Below, piece after piece: positions 59,262 to 64,000 of a DNA stretch of 64,000 nucleotides (position 1 is the stretch's first letter; the number at the start of each line of letters is the position of its first letter). The position numbers were made by a program, and so were the translations under genes. Under the pieces are notes generated by a model. It ran no database searches. It was not told the DNA's origin and worked only from the letters and a program-made list of their open reading frames with translations. The DNA comes from Candidatus Thorarchaeota archaeon (lineage in GTDB: Archaea > Asgardarchaeota > Thorarchaeia > Thorarchaeales > Thorarchaeaceae), in the NCBI GenBank assembly GCA_048882045.1, contig JBHLRZ010000008.1, positions 1 to 64,000 on the forward strand. Direction: 5' to 3'.

Positions 59262-60968
59262 ATGAATTGCCACAGGCTCAACATCCCGAAGAGTGATATC
59301 ATGGAAGTCTTTCCTATTCTTGTCGATGGAGAAGAGGTTGACACAGGAAAATACACGGTCTTTCCTGATATGGAAAAGGTCACAGCAGATCCAGGTTTGG
59401 CTATTGCACTACAGATGCAACAAACCTCTTCGTTCTCTCGATTCATTTTCTCAAAGACACCAAGCTTGATTCCTCAGAGTTCTCCTGACATGAGGTTTCT
59501 TCGGGAATACAGGAAGTATCATGGAGTTCCCAAGTACACTAAGGATGAGCTAGATGAAGTGGCATACGCCAAGATTTCAGTAGCACGTGAGGAAGATATC
59601 GAACGTGCGCTGAAAGCAGGTACTCGGGACCACAAGAAGCTCTTCAATCCATTTAGACTTCCTGACATGGGTGTAACTCTGGATGAACGTGCGGACGCTC
59701 TCTACGAGGCAGGACTTGCTCTGAAGAAGAACTGGGAATCAGTCCGAGACATTTCGATTAAGGAAGGTGTTCCACTAGGCACTCTGAAGTGGACTTGGGA
59801 ACTATTCGAGCCTTCTGCTTACAGAAAATCAGTGGATGAATGGGGAAATCTTCTAGATGTTATTGAGGATCCTGGACTTGATGGAGGCCGGAACTATCGG
59901 TTTAGAGAACCATATGGAATATCTTGTCTCTTCACACCCTATAACTCACCAATTGCACTCGGCATCCTCTCAATAACTTCCTCCATCCTCGCAGGAAACT
60001 CTACAATTTTGAAACCTCCAAATAAAGTCCCTCTTAGTACGATTCTCTTAGGAAGGATCTACGTGGAATCCTTTCTTGATAGAGGACTACCACCATCATT
60101 GCTTCAAGTTCTAACTGGAGATGGCAAACGCATGATGAACAGGTTCATGTCCGACTCACGTGTGGGTGCAATAGTATGGTACGGGGACAGTGACACTGGC
60201 ATCAAGCTCTGGGCTGAAGCCACTTCCAAACGAATCCAGATGGCTCCTGAGCTTGCAGGTAGTGATGCTTGCCTTGTGTGGGGCAGAGATGTGGATCTTG
60301 AGAAGGCAGCTGATATCATCGTTCGAGGAAGGTATCTTGGTAGCGGGCAAGCTTGCATGGCGGTCAAAAGATTGCTTGTTCAAGATTCACTCCATGACGA
60401 ACTCGTACGACTTGTTGTTGAAGAATCTGAAAAACTCAAGGTGGGTCTCCCATCAGATCCTGATGTCACACTACCTCCTGTAGGATTTACAGCTCTCTAT
60501 CAGTTAATTGACCAGATGGAGGATGCCATTGCCAAAGGAGCAAAGATTGAAACAGGTGGTTATCGTGTTAACTATCTTGACGAGCTTGATCCTGCAGGTC
60601 TGTTCTACAAACCAACTGTTCTGACAAATATCAATCTGGATATGCGACTGATGCAGGAAGAAGTGTTCGCCCCTGCACTCCCTGTTTATCCAGTATCGAG
60701 TGTTGATCAAGCAATAGAGGTTGCGAACAACTCGAGGTTTGGACTACGGTCATCGGTCATCACAGATGACATCAAGGTTCGCCAACAATGGATAAAGGAA
60801 ATCCAATCAGCAGGCGTAGGCATGGGTGATGACCACGTTTACTATGACCCTTACATGCCTCATTTGGGAGGTTACAAGGACTCAGGCATCGTTGGTGGAA
60901 AGTACTTCACAACTATGCTTACACGAATGAAGTACGTGCATACAGGTCCAGACAGTGGATTTCTATGA
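59262..60968 (+). CDS. Aldehyde dehydrogenase with atypical N-terminal extension
   Basis: REPYG..TPYNSP, ILKP, ELAG, GQACMA, EEVFAP, GGYKDSG. Confidence 0.9.
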   Translation: MNCHRLNIPKSDIMEVFPILVDGEEVDTGKYTVFPDMEKVTADPGLAIALQMQQTSSFSRFIFSKTPSLIPQSSPDMRFLREYRKYHGVPKYTKDELDEVAYAKISVAREEDIERALKAGTRDHKKLFNPFRLPDMGVTLDERADALYEAGLALKKNWESVRDISIKEGVPLGTLKWTWELFEPSAYRKSVDEWGNLLDVIEDPGLDGGRNYRFREPYGISCLFTPYNSPIALGILSITSSILAGNSTILKPPNKVPLSTILLGRIYVESFLDRGLPPSLLQVLTGDGKRMMNRFMSDSRVGAIVWYGDSDTGIKLWAEATSKRIQMAPELAGSDACLVWGRDVDLEKAADIIVRGRYLGSGQACMAVKRLLVQDSLHDELVRLVVEESEKLKVGLPSDPDVTLPPVGFTALYQLIDQMEDAIAKGAKIETGGYRVNYLDELDPAGLFYKPTVLTNINLDMRLMQEEVFAPALPVYPVSSVDQAIEVANNSRFGLRSSVITDDIKVRQQWIKEIQSAGVGMGDDHVYYDPYMPHLGGYKDSGIVGGKYFTTMLTRMKYVHTGPDSGFL

Positions 60969-61005
60969 GTCCAAAGATTGAACAGTCTGAACATCAGTCA
61001 GACAT

Positions 61006-62322
61006 ATGATGAATTCAGAGCAATCAGCTAGGTCAGAGGCTATTGATGCACTTGTCGAGTATGAGCATTCAAAGACATCAATGAGAACTCTTCTTCGGGA
61101 CATGCAGACGACTTCAGCTGACGCTCCTGATTTCTCACGTTTCACTCAGTCACTCGCTATCTCAGTGATACGCTTTCAGAACACAATCGACTTTCTTCTC
61201 ACCCGGTCTCTTGGAAAACAGAGACCTCGGGATCTTGATGATCGGACAAGGAACATTCTCCGACTTGCACTCTTTGAGTCCCGATGGCAAGGTGTTGAAT
61301 CAGAGCTTGTATTTTCGAACTATCCACAGGTCAAGGAATTGTTCTATGAGGAGTTTCTGAAAGCCATCTCGATTGACCTCGATTCTGCAACCCAAAATAT
61401 GCCCCTGCCAAACAGGCTGAGTTTGCGACTCTCTCATCCCTCGTTTCTTGTGGAAACACTTCTCGATAATCTCGGGGAGAAAGAATCTGTCGATTTGATG
61501 GTTGCTAACAACAAACATCGCTTCTACTATATTCGGCCCAACCGTCTTTTTGGCGAAACTGATTCCGTGATCGAGTCACTCAGTGGTGTCGAATTCACAA
61601 TAGACAATGATGTTCCAGAGGTCTACAGAATAGAGAAGGGTGTGGAAATCCTTGTGAGTTCGGATCTTTTCAGAGAGGGTCGTTTATTGATTCAAGATAA
61701 GGCCAGTGTTGCCACAGTCAATGTTCTTGATCCGCAGCCTGGTGAGAAGATATGGGATGCATGTGCAGCTCCAGGGATGAAGACCCAATTGATTGCTGAG
61801 CGACTCGAGGGTGAGGGGGAGATTATTGCAACAGATATCTATGAGGATCGATTGGAGATCGCCAAAAATCGTTCCAGACAACTAGAAGCTTATAACATTA
61901 CTTGGTTACATGCAGATGCTACAAAGACTCCAGTTCTTGATGCTGATAAGATTTTGATTGATGCTCCATGTACTTCAACAGGTGTTTTACAGACATATCC
62001 TTCCTTCAAGTGGAGACTCAACAAATACACGCTCGTTGCTTTGATGACAGTTCAAAACAAGATTCTGGATGCGGTTATCTCAGCATATAGTGATAGACCT
62101 GGAACTGAGATAGTGTTCTCGACTTGTTCCATTCTTCCTCATGAAGGAGAGTCACAGATTGACTCCGTTATGAAGCATCACAACATAGAGCTTCTTGAGA
62201 CCCCAATCTTTGGAGATACTGGGTATTCTGCCTTCGACTGCTCAGAAAGAGTGCAGAGACTATTTCCCCACCGACATCAATGCAGCGGATTCTTCATTTC
62301 GAGGTTCAAAATCAAGCACTGA
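61006..62322 (+). CDS. RsmB/NOP2/Sun m5C RNA methyltransferase with NusB-like N-terminus
   Basis: QDKAS, DACAAPGMKT, DAPCTSTG, STCS. Confidence 0.92.
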   Translation: MMNSEQSARSEAIDALVEYEHSKTSMRTLLRDMQTTSADAPDFSRFTQSLAISVIRFQNTIDFLLTRSLGKQRPRDLDDRTRNILRLALFESRWQGVESELVFSNYPQVKELFYEEFLKAISIDLDSATQNMPLPNRLSLRLSHPSFLVETLLDNLGEKESVDLMVANNKHRFYYIRPNRLFGETDSVIESLSGVEFTIDNDVPEVYRIEKGVEILVSSDLFREGRLLIQDKASVATVNVLDPQPGEKIWDACAAPGMKTQLIAERLEGEGEIIATDIYEDRLEIAKNRSRQLEAYNITWLHADATKTPVLDADKILIDAPCTSTGVLQTYPSFKWRLNKYTLVALMTVQNKILDAVISAYSDRPGTEIVFSTCSILPHEGESQIDSVMKHHNIELLETPIFGDTGYSAFDCSERVQRLFPHRHQCSGFFISRFKIKH

Positions 62323-63289
62323 TTCTTCTTTCTACTGACTCCATGACTCTACGAGCGAATTCCCTGTCATCCTTGAATGACCAAGGTATCTCCAAGAATG
62401 TCTTGTTCGCAGTAATCATTAGGTTTTCATCTCTATTGATTAGGACCTTGAAGATCAGTTTGGTCCACTCAAAACATGGGTGCTCGTTGAAAGCTTGGCT
62501 ATCTCCTGATTCAGCTGCGGCTTTTGTCAAGTATGCAATACCTTCCTTTGGTTTCCCAAGCATTAGATCTGCGAGAGCTCCCATGCATGCAAGAGTTACC
62601 GCATTCTTCACCATTCCTGATTTGATGTAGGATTTTGCTCCGTCCTTGTATTCTTCGCCTTTCTTCGTATAAAGTGACCTACCATGACTGAATATCAGAT
62701 CTCTTGTGTCACTCTTAGTTTCAGTTTCAGCTTTCTTTAAGGAAACTCCACCCAAGACCGCAGCCTTCAACTCTGCCTGCATCTCTGTGGTAGGTGCTCG
62801 TTCAGCAACGCTCCTTGCCTTCTCTATCATCTCTGTACCTGCTGCTAGAAGTTCCTCCTTGACAGAAGAGTTGTTCAGAGCAGGATCTCCCTCTGCAATC
62901 CCGTCTTCGAAAACAATTCTAGCTGCTATGAAGAAATCATATGCTTTACTGATGAGGTCATGCTTATTTGCAAACTCTATGGCTTTAACATACGCAAGTA
63001 TCGCATTGTCTGTTTCGCCCAAGTTCTCGAACTGAGTAGCAGACTCCAATAACCATGGAAATGCATCTGTACTGTTTGACTGTATGGCATCTTGTCCTCT
63101 TGCAAGTGAGCTATAAGCATCAATACAAATTGTGGCTAGATCAGGAATTGAGCACTTCGCATTGACCTCTGCATCTGTAAGTTTATTCCCCCTCAATCTA
63201 CAGTACGGTTCGCCTGTATCTTCAGTGGACCCCAACCATGTGCAGTTGTTTTCGTAAGCCACAAATCTCACTTCGCTTCTAATATCCAT
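62312..63289 (-). CDS. Helical-repeat (TPR/SNAP-like) hypothetical protein
   Basis: SATQFENLGETDNAILAYVKA and AKSYIKSGMVKNA helical-repeat patterns; Cys-containing N-terminus. Confidence 0.65.
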   Translation of the reverse strand: MDIRSEVRFVAYENNCTWLGSTEDTGEPYCRLRGNKLTDAEVNAKCSIPDLATICIDAYSSLARGQDAIQSNSTDAFPWLLESATQFENLGETDNAILAYVKAIEFANKHDLISKAYDFFIAARIVFEDGIAEGDPALNNSSVKEELLAAGTEMIEKARSVAERAPTTEMQAELKAAVLGGVSLKKAETETKSDTRDLIFSHGRSLYTKKGEEYKDGAKSYIKSGMVKNAVTLACMGALADLMLGKPKEGIAYLTKAAAESGDSQAFNEHPCFEWTKLIFKVLINRDENLMITANKTFLEIPWSFKDDREFARRVMESVERRISA

Positions 63290-63381
63290 CTCAATCTTTA
63301 ACTTGAATCTTAAAAAACCAACTCTCGCTGTATCGTTATCTTTAACTGAGGCTAGATAGGGGAATTTGTGAGGTATTCACA

Positions 63382-63786
63382 CTGAGTGACGATGACACTG
63401 AGCTAGCCATGATACGACGTAAGAAGATGGCTGAGTTAGTGGCAAGGGAAAAGCAGATGCAAGCTCAAAAAGAACAGAAGGAGAAGACTGAGGTTGAAAG
63501 AAACAAGCTTCTTCAGCGGTTCTTAGCACCAGACGGACGTAAGTACCTTGAGGCCCTAAAAACCAATGATCCTCCTGTGGGTAAGAGGGTCGAAGATGTT
63601 CTTCTGTATCTGATCGTCTATCGTGGTCTACGTCAGATAATCACACAATTGGATGTTCACTATGTCGAAAGACAAGTCAAAGGAGAACCCACAAAGATAC
63701 GTGTTCAACGAGATGGCGAAACCTCTGACTTCGGGACATATGTGAAAGAAGCTATCAAAGAGAGCAACAACAAGAAAGAAGACTAA
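63382..63786 (+). CDS. PDCD5-family dsDNA-binding protein
   Basis: (M)SDDDTELAMIRRKKMAEL..LLQRFLAPDGRKYLEALK..KIRVQR; probable CTG start at 63382. Confidence 0.85.
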   Translation: MSDDDTELAMIRRKKMAELVAREKQMQAQKEQKEKTEVERNKLLQRFLAPDGRKYLEALKTNDPPVGKRVEDVLLYLIVYRGLRQIITQLDVHYVERQVKGEPTKIRVQRDGETSDFGTYVKEAIKESNNKKED

Positions 63787-63955
63787 CACAATGTCTGTGC
63801 TCTGCCTTTCCACTCTCTGATTGTATACTGAAGTTCTTGACGGTGACCAGCTTGTTTCCGCCTAGAGTCTGCTGATCAATTATTATGGTCTTATCTCTAA
63901 GACGTTCATTGACATCATCGGTAGTGGTGGTCCCGAATCTTAGGTCCATATCCAT
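63755..63955 (-). CDS. Possible small hypothetical protein
   Basis: 66-aa ORF near the window end; no motif. Confidence 0.3.
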   Translation of the reverse strand: MDMDLRFGTTTTDDVNERLRDKTIIIDQQTLGGNKLVTVKNFSIQSESGKAEHRHCVSLLSCCCSL

Positions 63956-64000
63956 CGATAATTAAAGGCTGCTCGTTTGGATAGGAACAGAACGGAGTGT

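Noticed and set aside
1-64000. CRISPR arrays, IS elements, proviruses, rRNA/tRNA genes
   Set aside because: No regularly spaced repeats, transposase/integrase/capsid ORFs or structural RNA signatures seen by eye; a tRNAscan/Infernal run would be needed to fully exclude small RNAs

Overview
Gene-dense archaeal chromosome segment. Proteasome alpha subunit, DtdA, PDCD5, a CdrS-like RHH, TrmB and SCPx-type thiolase/DUF35 mark it as archaeal. A Rab-like protein, a PCI-like domain and a reductive dehalogenase suggest Asgard archaea, probably Thorarchaeia (inference). I saw no rRNA, tRNA, CRISPR array, integrase or transposase. Main blocks: (1) a minus-strand four-gene cluster (3.4-11.1 kb) encoding a beta-propeller/Zn-ribbon/PCI-like protein, a TM-dCache-TM-HAMP-TPR-vWA receptor with alpha2delta-like sensor motifs, an output-less dCache-HAMP paralog, and a bacterial-type arginine decarboxylase; this is the best candidate for an undescribed signalling system, possibly sensing amines; (2) an HDAC, an RLI-ferredoxin-fused reductive dehalogenase and a PAS kinase; (3) an unannotated ORF with an in-frame CxxU(TGA), either a selenoprotein or a pseudogene; (4) coiled-coil proteins including a 1298-aa TrmB, plus a P-loop-less Rab-like protein; (5) an unannotated cdrS-like gene followed by two novel Cys-motif paralogs; (6) a ~23-kb lipid-metabolism region with duplicated nitroreductase/HADH/ECH modules and no acyl-CoA dehydrogenase, followed by an FGGY kinase-glpABC-alkyl-DHAP-synthase-like operon. 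All calls come from motif recognition by eye; no database searches were run.
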